Origin: Opitutales bacterium
GTDB taxonomy: Bacteria > Verrucomicrobiota > Verrucomicrobiia > Opitutales > UBA2987
Assembly: GCA_965226885.1 (NCBI GenBank)
Contig: CBDDEL010000001.1
Location: 1-35,833, forward strand
Direction of reading: 5' to 3'
DNA length: 35,833 bases
Each line of letters opens with the position of its first letter. Position 1 is the stretch's first letter. Below, one piece after another: positions 1-9,761 of this stretch. Both the position numbers and the translations under genes were made by a program. Below the pieces are notes generated by a model. That model saw nothing but the letters and a program-made list of their open reading frames with translations, was not told the DNA's origin and made no database searches.

Positions 1-669
1 CATAACCGACAGGCAATCGTTGATGCCTCCGTCGTTAAAAGTGGCAAAGTCGTGGTAATTCCCCTGCTTCGGGTAAATGTGCGGCCAGCCGCCATGTGGA
101 AGCTGAGATTGAAGCATCAAATTCAGGGATTTCTCGATCGCGTTACTCAGGGCCGGTTTATCGACTACCTCATTGAGGGCCATGAGGAGGCGGATGGCGC
201 CTTGGGTCTGGTCGTCATCAAAACTAACGTCATACCCATTCGGCTGGTTCAGGTGTATCGTATGCTCCCAGCCTCCCAGGTCATTCTGACCTCGAATCAA
301 TGCATCCGTGGCATCTTCCGCAGCTTTTAAATACTTCGGGTTATCCACGACCCGGTAAGCGCGCAGAAAGGACATGCCGACAGCCGGCGTTCCCGGCGGC
401 TGGACCTCAATGGTGCGGCCATCCGTAAGTTTTTCACCCCATTTTTGCTCTAGATCGAGAGAGTAATACCATACATAGCCGCCTTCAATGAAGATGGAAT
501 GATAAAACGCAATGCCTCGTTCCAGTGATTTCATCGCCTCGGCGGCAAGTTTTTCATATGAATTCGATTCCGCTCCCAAACCGCGTAAGGAGATACTATG
601 CAAACACATCATGAGAATCGTTATCAGCACTGAACCAATATATTTATTTCTTTTCATAGTGGCATTCAT
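1..669 (-). CDS. Pectate lyase-like protein (PL10/PelA-Pel15E-like), paralog 2; runs off the window edge
   Basis: Manual translation from ATG 669 is open to position 1: MNATMKRNKYIGSVLITILMMCLH...EGGYVWYYS...EVQPPGTPAVGMSFLRAY...GQNDLGGW...SFDDDQTQ...GGWPHIYP...ATFNDGGIND. Near-identical to the 693-2235 gene and has a signal-like N-terminus. Absent from the ORF track because there is no stop in the window. Confidence 0.75.
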   Translation of the reverse strand, partial: MNATMKRNKYIGSVLITILMMCLHSISLRGLGAESNSYEKLAAEAMKSLERGIAFYHSIFIEGGYVWYYSLDLEQKWGEKLTDGRTIEVQPPGTPAVGMSFLRAYRVVDNPKYLKAAEDATDALIRGQNDLGGWEHTIHLNQPNGYDVSFDDDQTQGAIRLLMALNEVVDKPALSNAIEKSLNLMLQSQLPHGGWPHIYPKQGNYHDFATFNDGGINDCLSVM

Positions 670-692
670 TTTAGCGAAGGAATCAAATGTAC

Positions 693-2235
693 TCAACGTT
701 CATAATTCATATTCTTCAAGGATTGAAACAGTTCGATGTAGTTGCACAAAATTTGCACGTTATTGTTAAACAGTTTGCTGCTGATTCTATCCATGATATC
801 GTATCGACCATCCCAATTGCGGACGGGCTTGATTTTATAAGGATCGTTTTTTATTATCCAGCGACCGGCTTCATCCTGGGTTGAGATGACTTCGCCGACT
901 TCTTTTTGCGAAGCTTTTAATTTTTCCAGAATCTCATCTTGGGATAGCTTGCGGTCACGCTGCTTCAAATAAGCGTCTCTTTTCAATTCCGTTATGCTTT
1001 CAAATTTTTTTTCCGCCTCTCGCAACTGGTTGCTCAAATCCGATTCGTAGCGATAACCCTTACTGCGTTCGGGACTGAGTTCAGCAGTGGAATTGACGCG
1101 GACTCGGCCCTTGTCATAATAGAGCGGCTGGCCTGTTCCAATCTCGATAAATCTGGCCCATTTTCCGTTGGGCAATCGGCATGAATGCAACCAATCGATG
1201 GCATCCGGAATGGGTTCAAGATAGCGGTCCCGTCCCGTATCCCGTATAGAGGTAAAGATCCATCAGTGTGCCGATGTTGCGAACCGTTACCATTGGGCAT
1301 ACTGCCGGAGGCTCAAACACCCTGCCCCAGGCTGGCTGGAGGTAATCGTTATACTGCTGTATCCAACCGGTCTGAGGCGGGGGCAGTTGAGAGATCATGA
1401 TGAACCAGCCGGCATTGTTTATGGAGTCAAGGTGGGCCTGTTTTCCATAATATTGGTGCGCATCCATCATAACCGACAGGCAATCGTTGATGCCTCCGTC
1501 GTTAAATGTGGCAAAGTCATGGTAATCCCCCTGTTTCGGGTAGATGTGCGGCCAACCTCCATTTGGAAGCTGGGATTGGAGCATCAACTTCAATGATTTC
1601 TCGACCGCGTTGCCAAGGGCTGGTTTATCGACGACCTCATTCAGGGCCATGAGGAGGCGGATTGCGCTTTGGGTCTGGTCATCGTCAAAGCTAACGACAT
1701 TTCCATTCGGCTGGTCCAGTTGTATCGTGTGATCCCAGCCTCCCGGGTTATTTTGCCCTCGAACCAATGAACCCGCCGCATCGTCAATACTAACGGCATG
1801 CCCATTTGGCTGGTCCACGTGTATCGTGTGATGCCAGCCTCCCAGGTCATTTTGCCCTCGAATCAATGCATCCGCGGCATTTTCCGCGGCTTTTAAAAAC
1901 TCCGGGTTATCCACGACCCGGTAAGCGCGCAAAAAAGACATGCCGACAGCCAGCGTTCCCGGTGGCTGGACCTCAATGGTGCGGTCATCCGTAGGTTTGT
2001 CGCCCCATTTCCGTTTAAGATCGAGAGAGTAATACCATACATAACCGCCCTCAATGGAGATGGAATGATAATACGCAATGCCATGTTCCAGCGAATTCAT
2101 TGCCTCGGCGGCAAGTTTTTCATATGAATTCGATTCTGTTCCCAAACCGCATAGGGGGATACTATGCAAGCACACCATGAGAATCGTTATCAGCGCTGAA
2201 CCAATATACTTTTTTCGTTTCATAGTGATATTCAT
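693..2235 (-). pseudogene. Pectate lyase-like protein (PL10-like), paralog 1, frameshifted
   Basis: ORFs 1216-2259 and 693-1190 join into one frame (...LYLYTGRDRYLEPIPDAIDWLHSCRLPNGKWARF...) when one copy of the 7-bp tandem duplication TCCCGTA (1233-1246) is removed. Motifs GGWPH, TFND, GWIQQY and PAWGRVFEP are present. Confidence 0.8.
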
Positions 2236-2306
2236 TTTAGACACAGAATTACCAGGCAAAGATCACATTGTGTCAATCGGATGGAAAAGTGTAGGCTCCT
2301 TATTCT

Positions 2307-2826
2307 CTATAGATTAAGCACTTCACTATCGACAATTTTAAACTCGTGGTTAGGTCGTAGTCGTTCTGGGAAAATGACTAAATTAAACCCATTCGTACCT
2401 GCAGAAGGTACAAGAAGCCCATCGTAGCCCAGCCACTCAACGGCTCCGCCAATTTCCTGACAACGGTCTAGAGGAAATTTAGTCAAATTTAGTCAAATCG
2501 CCGGGCGGCTTCAGCCCCAAGATTTCAAACTTTGTCCAACTACCCAGATCAAGAACCTCGTTTAGAGAAACTTGCAGTCTATAAAGAGTGCGTTTTGCCG
2601 ATGGCTTTAAAGGTTGCAGGGAAATTTGGTACTCGATTTCAGCGAGGCAGACGGAACGCTCAATACTGGTGTAGATTGCTTGCACGTCTGGCGGATTCCA
2701 TCGCGCACCTCTTATATTTACCCGGTCAGGAGGGTAATTTTGCCAACAATGACGGAATACGATTCCACTCCAAGGGCCCGGATTGAATTGCTCAATCCGT
2801 TCGATAAGGGCGTCGTCGTGGATCAT
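2307..2826 (-). pseudogene. RES-domain toxin (MbcT/ParT-like), frameshifted
   Basis: N-part has VFR, GARWNPP and YTS...E. Removing one copy of the 10-bp duplication AAATTTAGTC (2475-2494) restores the C-terminus CQEIGGAVEWLGYDGLLVPSA...NLVIFP to TAG at 2307. Confidence 0.88.
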
Positions 2827-2841
2827 AATTTACTCAACGCA

Positions 2842-3177
2842 TTATACGAATGCGCTGTCCTTGAGTTGAGCAATGATGGTCAATACATCTTCGAGGCGTC
2901 CAGCCTCAATCCAATCTACCGGACGCTGGCCAGACAATTGCTTGTGGTGGGAAAACAACCACAATTTTGCTTCCTGTGAGGTATAAAGTTCGGCCAGCTC
3001 TCCGACCAACCATTCCAGTTGCAGCAAAATCTCCAATGAAGACTTTTTTGGCTCAGTATGGCCGTTTCGCCACCGGGACACTGTTTCCGGTGTTGTATTG
3101 AGCAGTTGGGCGATTTCCACACCACGCATACCGCTTTTCTCCTGAATGGCATCCAGTTTCGTTGCTATAGAATTCAT
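2842..3177 (-). CDS. Xre-HTH / MbcA-ParS-type antitoxin
   Basis: HTH (EIAQLLNTTPETVSRWRNG) plus C-terminal WL...L.G.RP.D motif; lies directly upstream of the RES gene. Confidence 0.88.
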   Translation of the reverse strand: MNSIATKLDAIQEKSGMRGVEIAQLLNTTPETVSRWRNGHTEPKKSSLEILLQLEWLVGELAELYTSQEAKLWLFSHHKQLSGQRPVDWIEAGRLEDVLTIIAQLKDSAFV

Positions 3178-3201
3178 TTCGGGGAATGATAAATGTTATA
3201 A

Positions 3202-3260
3202 TTGATATTTCAGTTGATGTAAGCATTGACGTAAGCATTGATGTATTGATTGATCAAGCA
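3202..3260. promoter_or_regulatory. 12-bp-periodic TTGAY repeat array upstream of the TA operon (putative operator)
   Basis: TTGAY starts at 3202, 3214, 3226, 3238 and 3250; best units are TTGATGTAAGCA and TTGACGTAAGCA. Confidence 0.55.
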
Positions 3261-3409
3261 TTAATTTAAGTATCTAATCAAACGCATCCAACCTATCCAT
3301 TGCCAATTTTGTGCGTTTATGGTATAATCCGGTTTGCTGGGTGAATTTGCCCGGTTTTCCAGTTTTTCTGGATTTTTTCTAATATATTACCTACCGACAC
3401 GTTGATCCC

Positions 3410-3997
3410 ATGAATGCTGAACGACAGAACCAACCCGAAAATCCTGGAATGAGGGATGAAACCCCCGATGACAAGCAACAGTGGATTCGCTCCCTGGTTG
3501 AGCGGCATGGGAGTCCTCTCACCCGATATGCGAGAACTTTTACCGGCGATGCGGAAAGCGCCCGCGATGCGGTGCAGGAGACTTTTTTACGCCTTTGCCG
3601 CCAGGATGCGGACAAAATCGCTGGGCATTCCAAGCCCTGGCTCTACAAGGTTTGCCGCAGCCGGGCTCTTGATTACCTGCGCAAGGAGGGCCGTATGACC
3701 CCGGTTGATAATACTTTGCTGGAACTCAACGAGGCGTCCGAACCCTCTCCATCGGCGGAATTGGAGAAGAACGAGAAGGTGGACACCGTATTGCAGGTCA
3801 TCGAATCGCTGCCCCCCAACCAGAAGGAGGTGGTGCGCCTAAAATTTCAGAACGAACTCAGTTACAAGGAGATCGCTGAGGTGACCGGTTTATCCGTCAC
3901 CAATGTCGGTTTCCTGCTCCATGTGGCCTTGAAATTTATTAGAAAACAAATACAGGGACAGGGCGAGTTGATGCCCGAATCCCGAGGAGAAACTTGA
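3410..3997 (+). CDS. ECF sigma-70 factor
   Basis: Region 2 (ARDAVQETFLRL, WLYKVCR) and region 4 (LPPNQKEVVRLKFQNELSYKEIAEV). Confidence 0.93.
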   Translation: MNAERQNQPENPGMRDETPDDKQQWIRSLVERHGSPLTRYARTFTGDAESARDAVQETFLRLCRQDADKIAGHSKPWLYKVCRSRALDYLRKEGRMTPVDNTLLELNEASEPSPSAELEKNEKVDTVLQVIESLPPNQKEVVRLKFQNELSYKEIAEVTGLSVTNVGFLLHVALKFIRKQIQGQGELMPESRGET

Positions 3998-4004
3998 AAA
4001 CATC

Positions 4005-6185
4005 ATGAACCAAGACGATCCAAGATTAGCCGCCTACGCGCTCGGGGAACTCTCCGGGGAGGAGGCTATTGAATTCGAGCGAATTCTGGCCGAAGACGAG
4101 AATTTGCGGAAAGCGCTCCAAGAAATCCGGGAGGCCGCCGACACGGTTCGCGTAGCCTTGGGCGATGACAGTGCGCCCGTCCTCACAACCGAGCAGGAAG
4201 AGCAGATGGTTGCGAACGCCATCAAGGGCGACCGGGAAACGAAAAAAATTCGGACGCCATTCTACCGCAATCCCACTTACCTGAGCCTGGCGGCAGCGAT
4301 TGTCATGGTATTTTCTATATTGGGAGCCCTGACGTATATGAACACCACCGATATATTTCATAGCCAATCGGAAGAAAGGCCATCTGTTCATGTAGTCGAA
4401 ACCAAATCTGCGCCGGCGCAAAATCCCACCATTTCTCATTATTTAGTGACACCAGCGGCTCCACCTCCGGCCAGTTCGCCAAAAAGACAAATTGCCGACA
4501 GCTTGCAACAATACGCGTATGCCAATGGGCAAAGTGGGGCTGAATTAAATAAAATTGGAAGCCGGATAAGAAAAGAGTCTGGTCAAAAAACGGAATTATA
4601 TAATTTCGCAGTAGGCATAGCCGAAGAAGCGGAATCTTATGATGTAGGTGTGAGCGACGCATCGATCACTCTCGCCGACGCCGCTGGCGACGAATCGACT
4701 ATTATCCTCAAGCCGCCTATGCTGCCTCCATATCCGCATACGATGCCAGGTCCCTATGGAGAATTCAACACCGACACTTATGATTCGATTGGGGACAATC
4801 CTTTTCTTCTGGTGGAGCACAGTCCGTTGTCCACTTTCTCCATTGATGTGGATTCGGCCTCTTATTCCAATATCCGACGGTACCTCATTATCGGCCAGCG
4901 CCCGCCCAGGGATGCCGTGCGGATCGAGGAGCTGGTCAATTATTTCCCCTATGAATACGCCTTGCCGGAAAAGGAGGCGCATCCTTTGAAGATCGATGTG
5001 GAGGCTGCTTCGGCCCCCTGGCAGGAGGAACACCGGCTGGTGCGGGTGGCATTGAAGGGTAAGGAAATCGATTGGGAGGAGCGGCCCGCCAGCAATGTCG
5101 TCTTCCTGCTCGATGTGTCGGGTTCGATGAATTCGCATAACAAGCTCCCCCTGGTCAAACAGAGCGTGGAACTGCTGGTCTGGAAATTCGGAAAGCGGGA
5201 CCGGGTGGCCATTGTCACTTATGCCGGGCAGTCGAAAGTGGCCTTGCCATCCACCACGGCGGACAATACCGAGACCATCCTGCATGCCATCCGCAATTTA
5301 ACCTCCGGCGGCTCCACCCATGCCAGCGCGGGCATCGAGGATGCCTATGAAATCGCCGAAAAGCACTTCGTCGAGGGGGGGAACAATCGCGTGATCCTCT
5401 GCACGGACGGAGATTTTAACGTTGGCGTGACTAATCGGGGGGCTCTTGTCGATTTAATTGAAACAGAGGCCGAAAAGGGCATCTTTTTGACCATTCTCGG
5501 TTTCGGCATGGGCAATTACAAGGATGCTACTCTGGAGGAGCTTTCCAACAAGGGAAACGGCAATTACAGTTATATCGACACCCTGCGGGAGGCGCGCAAG
5601 GTGTTTGTCGAGCAGGTTGCCGGGACCATGTTGACGATCGCCAAGGTCGTTAAAATCCAGGTCGAGTTCAACCCGGCCAAGGTGCAGGCCTACCGCCTCA
5701 TCGGTTATGAAAACCGGCGTCTGGCTGCGCAGGACTTTAACGACGACAAAAAGGATGCCGGGGAAATCGGCGCCGGCCATACCGTGACCGCTTTTTACGA
5801 GGTCGTTCCGGCCGGGATGGAGTGGGAAGGGCCCGGAGTGGATCCTCTCAAATACCAGAAGCCAGCCGGAAAAGCGGAGGCAACCGGCAGCGACGAATTA
5901 TTGACCGTCAAACTGCGCTATAAGCTGCACGAAGCGGATATAAGCACGTTTTTGGAGAAGCCTTTTGTCGATACCGGGAGAGCTTTCGAGAAGGCCTCGG
6001 TGGATTTCCGCTTTGCCGCCGGGGTAGCCGCCTTCGGCATGATTCTGCGGGATTCTCCCTACAAAGGAACCAGCGGTTTGGCCATGGTGCGCGATATCGC
6101 CGAAAATTCCCAGGGAAACAACCGCGGCGGTTACCGCTCTGAATTTCTCCACCTCATCGACCAGGCGGAAATGGTCGTGCAGTAA
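4005..6185 (+). CDS. vWA-domain (YfbK-like) protein with N-terminal anti-sigma-like segment and TM helix
   Basis: N-terminal LAAYALGEL, a TM helix, STFSIDVDSASY, MIDAS DVSGS, TDGDFNVG and a DUF3520-like C-terminus; 7 bp downstream of the ECF sigma. Confidence 0.88.
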   Translation: MNQDDPRLAAYALGELSGEEAIEFERILAEDENLRKALQEIREAADTVRVALGDDSAPVLTTEQEEQMVANAIKGDRETKKIRTPFYRNPTYLSLAAAIVMVFSILGALTYMNTTDIFHSQSEERPSVHVVETKSAPAQNPTISHYLVTPAAPPPASSPKRQIADSLQQYAYANGQSGAELNKIGSRIRKESGQKTELYNFAVGIAEEAESYDVGVSDASITLADAAGDESTIILKPPMLPPYPHTMPGPYGEFNTDTYDSIGDNPFLLVEHSPLSTFSIDVDSASYSNIRRYLIIGQRPPRDAVRIEELVNYFPYEYALPEKEAHPLKIDVEAASAPWQEEHRLVRVALKGKEIDWEERPASNVVFLLDVSGSMNSHNKLPLVKQSVELLVWKFGKRDRVAIVTYAGQSKVALPSTTADNTETILHAIRNLTSGGSTHASAGIEDAYEIAEKHFVEGGNNRVILCTDGDFNVGVTNRGALVDLIETEAEKGIFLTILGFGMGNYKDATLEELSNKGNGNYSYIDTLREARKVFVEQVAGTMLTIAKVVKIQVEFNPAKVQAYRLIGYENRRLAAQDFNDDKKDAGEIGAGHTVTAFYEVVPAGMEWEGPGVDPLKYQKPAGKAEATGSDELLTVKLRYKLHEADISTFLEKPFVDTGRAFEKASVDFRFAAGVAAFGMILRDSPYKGTSGLAMVRDIAENSQGNNRGGYRSEFLHLIDQAEMVVQ

Positions 6186-6187
6186 AT

Positions 6188-7065
6188 TTACCGCTTCAAT
6201 TCGGGGGCGAAAAAGGTGGGAAAGCGAACCGGCGGCGGCACGGGTTGCCGCTGAAAATGGCTTCCGTGGTTAAATCCTGAAGAAACGATGAGGGAACCGG
6301 ATTGCGAGGAAATGTTGCAGTCATTTATGTGGTCAACCCTCTGGTAGGTGGCGGACGACCTTGCTCTGTGGCCGTGGTGGTAGCGTATGGGTTGGCCCGC
6401 AAAGCCAAATTGACCTGATGTTGGAAGCCGATAACCGAAACTGGGGCGGGCATAATTATAAAAGGAATGATACCGGGAATAGGAGCGTCTATCCACCCGT
6501 TCGGCCTGGTATTTCGCCTCCTGAACGCGGGCTTCCAATTGGGTCACGCGTTGTTCTTCGGCCTCTTGCTCCAGCTCTTGGGAACGCTCGTTGAAGGTTG
6601 CCGTGATTTGATTGGAAATATCCACCTCTGGATACTTGTGTTTGAAATTGCGCCAGAATTCGAGCCGGGTATAGGCTGAGGAGGCCAGAAAATCGACGCT
6701 TGTCAGTTTGTTCTCCTTAAGGGATAGGCCCTCTGCCACACGGTTGCGGATGCGTTCTTCCACCAATTGGGCGGCTTTTTCCCGCCTCTGTTCTTTCTTC
6801 TCCTGTTCTGCCGATGCCTCTTCTTCGCTCAGGATGTCGAGGTTGGTCGCTTTGCCGTCAATCAAGGTTACCTCGCCGCGATCGAAAAAAAGAATCTGCT
6901 TGTTTTTTAACAGGATTACACCATTGGGCCGCCCTAGGACTTCCTTTATCCGTTCGGTCGTATCGCCCATCTGAAGTTCCACTGCACTCAGACTTCCATA
7001 AGTCAGACAGATGGATAACAGATGGATAAAAGGAGGATTAACGGAGAATGCCTGATATTTTTCAT
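6188..7065 (-). pseudogene. Secreted hypothetical protein frameshifted in its signal peptide
   Basis: Removing one copy of the 11-bp duplication CAGATGGATAA (7008-7029) fuses MKNIRHSPLILLLSICLTYGSLSA to the 264-aa ORF (VELQMGDTT...). Confidence 0.72.
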
Positions 7066-7103
7066 GGTATTGGTTTAAAATTTTTCATGGTATTGGTTTA
7101 AAA
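7058..7103. repeat. Perfect 23-bp tandem duplication over a start codon region
   Basis: TTTTTCATGGTATTGGTTTAAAA x2. Confidence 0.95.
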
Positions 7104-7172
7104 TTAAGAGGAGTTAATCAGGGATATTATTGCAATGGCTTCAATGTGGCAACTTTTCTATTACTGTGGGAC

Positions 7173-7739
7173 TCAGGGCAGGTTGGGAGCTGGAATCGGC
7201 GCCGCGCATCGATCCGTCTGCAATTCAATATCGGTTCGCAGGACGGCCGGACCTTTAGCCAGGCTGCCGCTTTGCAGAATCCTGGCCCGTAGTCCGCCCC
7301 TGCCGCGAAGCAGTTTAAGGGCGCCCGCCCCAAGGCTGTGATCCATCCAGAAACAAGGCGCGCAATGTATGGTTCCGCGAAAAACGGCTTCTCCAATGGC
7401 AAATTCATGACCGATCAATTCCGTAACTGGCACTCCCGATAAAACCACATTTCTACGCAGTGCGACGGGAGTTTTATCATTGAGATCGAGGGTTTCTACT
7501 ACTTCATTAAACACCTCCCAGGCGAAAAAAGTTACTTGTCCCTCATAATGCTGCTGATGACCGTAAAAACGATCGCCATTCAAGCCCATCCCTGCGACAG
7601 CTTCCACCCGCTCTGTGTCTTCGGTGGGATGGCTGCCCGGCTGGCCTGGCGTTTGCTTAAAAAAATTATGGCCCGGAGAAATATAGAGGTGTTTTATTTT
7701 CACCGGGTAGCTGTAGCTGTATTTGTAAGAGGCAGGCAT
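7173..7739 (-). CDS. MOSC-domain protein
   Basis: GMGLNGDRF, LRRNVVLSG, CAPCFWMD and RGGLRARIL motifs; ATG 7739 chosen as start. Confidence 0.88.
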   Translation of the reverse strand: MPASYKYSYSYPVKIKHLYISPGHNFFKQTPGQPGSHPTEDTERVEAVAGMGLNGDRFYGHQQHYEGQVTFFAWEVFNEVVETLDLNDKTPVALRRNVVLSGVPVTELIGHEFAIGEAVFRGTIHCAPCFWMDHSLGAGALKLLRGRGGLRARILQSGSLAKGPAVLRTDIELQTDRCAAPIPAPNLP

Positions 7740-7897
7740 ATTTAGTTTTACATTAAAATTATTCACACAATCCCATCTTCTACGCGTCAATTATTTCCTT
7801 AAATCAAGTAAGTGGTATACTTTATTCCAGACAGACCCCGATCCAGCATTCGCCAAACCGTATCCGGGACATGGCGCTCTAGCGTGAAGCTACAACC

Positions 7898-9661
7898 GTG
7901 AAGATTGCAAGTTTTATTCGTGATGGTTCCGTAGACTGCGGGCTGGCGGTACCCGGTCGGGGATTCAAGGTATTTGACCGCCATAGGGTCATCGGAAGTG
8001 TCGAACCTGAAAAGAGAATCTTTCACCTGCTTGGGCTGGCGCCGGAGGAGAGAATCCAAATAGAGATCGAGATGCAGGAAGCTACCGTCATCCCGGAGGA
8101 GGATGTCAAATTGCTCCCGGCCCTTCCTTTGTGCCCGCTTTATATCTACAACCACGCCAACAACCCGATCGTCTGGAAGCGGCAAATGGGCCAGGATTGG
8201 GAAATGACGCGAGTTCCCTCCATGCGGGTCAGAACCTTCAACTGCTTCAGCGGCGACGGTGCGGAGGTCTCCGTGACGCCCGGTGCAAGCGCCTACATAG
8301 GGGCCGAGTTGGGAGTGGTCATCGGGCGGAAAGCCTACCGCGTTCCCCGGGAGGAAGCGTCTGCGCATATCGCCGGATTGGTTTGTCTCAATGATATGTT
8401 TGTTTACGGGGCTCATGACGAGTTTGTTGACAAGTCGTCCCCGGAATCGGAAATGCTCCAGGTTCAAGGCCTGCATGTCCTTTACAAGACCGCCGATGGC
8501 AACGGTGGTATCGGCCCGTGGGTCGTTACGGCTGAGGAACTCGAGTCAGCCAGCGCGGACCGCTTCGCTCCCCAGGCGTTGGAAAGGTACGCGGAGAAGC
8601 AGTTAGCCCCCTGGGTTTACGACAAGGTGATGCGGACAATCGTGAACGGCCAAACATTCGACGAATCTTACACCAACGCTTACCTGATGGGAGCAGAGTG
8701 GATGATTGCTTATCTCTCCCGGTTCATGACCCTGCCGACCGGATCCATTGTTGGCTTGGGATCCGCCGGGTGGGACGGTATAGCTTTGCCCGATCTCGAC
8801 CAAGAGGAGAAATCCATTGAGATTGCGTTTGAGCTTCAGGATGTTGGGACGTTTTCTGCGCGAGTTGTGAAACCGTCGGGATTCGAGGTTGATGAAAGCC
8901 CGTTTGTTCGCTCGCGTAGGGACATGGGCCTCGATCCTGTACCCGCCCTGGTGAAACGTCCGGGTCGCTCACTGTGGGTGTTACGGGGCAACAACCCTGC
9001 ATCGGATCCAGGCGTTCCCGTAACCGGAATGAATCCTATATTGTATCCTTCCACTGTTTTGAGAGAAGGCGGGGAGCCAATCGTACTCTCGCCCCACATG
9101 ACTCGCATATACCTGTCTATTCAAGTATGCGGGATTGTAGGCTCCCAACCATTATATAGGCTTGGCTGCAACGGGCAAAATATCTCGCTGCATGATTGCT
9201 TTGAGAAAATATGCCTCCTCCTTTCATTGCGGGATAATTCGCTCATCGAAGCGATAAACGATCCGACTCCCTACGAGTCCCGAGCAGCCTATATGCTCGG
9301 TTTTTGCGGTGATGGTTTTTTCCGTCTGGGCGGCCATTCGGTTACAATTGAAACCGTGCAGGACCTGTCGGCCCACACTCTCAGTATATCGCTACCGGGA
9401 GTGGGAGAAGTCACATCTAGTTTGGCTGGCTACCGGTTCGGCTTTTCGGATATGCTCGCGATGATCAGCCGAACCATTACCCTGTTGCCTGGGGATGTTA
9501 TATCATTGGGAGCGGCCGGAGTCGAACTGGAGGTATCGGCGGAACACCGCATTTCTGTTGATGACGACGGGGTGCTCGAAGCCAACGCCTCCTGGGGGGC
9601 AAGCATGAGGGTCGCCTTCGATGATCAGAGGGACGCGCGTTTCCGCGAGAGCAAGCGTTAG
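7898..9661 (+). CDS. Fumarylacetoacetate hydrolase (FAH) family protein with two tandem FAH-like domains
   Basis: AELGVVIGR, CLND, KTAD..IGPWVVT and IAYLSRFMTLPTG in the N-half; MISRTITLLPGDVISLG in the C-half. Confidence 0.75.
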   Translation: MKIASFIRDGSVDCGLAVPGRGFKVFDRHRVIGSVEPEKRIFHLLGLAPEERIQIEIEMQEATVIPEEDVKLLPALPLCPLYIYNHANNPIVWKRQMGQDWEMTRVPSMRVRTFNCFSGDGAEVSVTPGASAYIGAELGVVIGRKAYRVPREEASAHIAGLVCLNDMFVYGAHDEFVDKSSPESEMLQVQGLHVLYKTADGNGGIGPWVVTAEELESASADRFAPQALERYAEKQLAPWVYDKVMRTIVNGQTFDESYTNAYLMGAEWMIAYLSRFMTLPTGSIVGLGSAGWDGIALPDLDQEEKSIEIAFELQDVGTFSARVVKPSGFEVDESPFVRSRRDMGLDPVPALVKRPGRSLWVLRGNNPASDPGVPVTGMNPILYPSTVLREGGEPIVLSPHMTRIYLSIQVCGIVGSQPLYRLGCNGQNISLHDCFEKICLLLSLRDNSLIEAINDPTPYESRAAYMLGFCGDGFFRLGGHSVTIETVQDLSAHTLSISLPGVGEVTSSLAGYRFGFSDMLAMISRTITLLPGDVISLGAAGVELEVSAEHRISVDDDGVLEANASWGASMRVAFDDQRDARFRESKR

Positions 9662-9691
9662 ATTTCTCTTTCCCAAAACCTCCCGAGCGAT

Positions 9692-9739
9692 AAAAAATTA
9701 TGGCCCGGAGAAATATAGAGGTGCTTGATTTCCACCGGG
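9692..9739 (-). repeat. Diverged direct repeat of the MOSC gene 5' coding segment (7660-7707)
   Basis: AAAAATTATGGCCCGGAGAAATATAGAGGTG is identical at both sites; translates FPVEIKHLYISPGHNF versus YPVKIKHLYISPGHNF. Confidence 0.85.
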
Positions 9740-9761
9740 AAATTATATTGATTTAAATAAA

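Noticed and set aside
3202..3260. Possible CRISPR array
   Set aside because: 12-bp period with no spacers, and no cas genes in the window.
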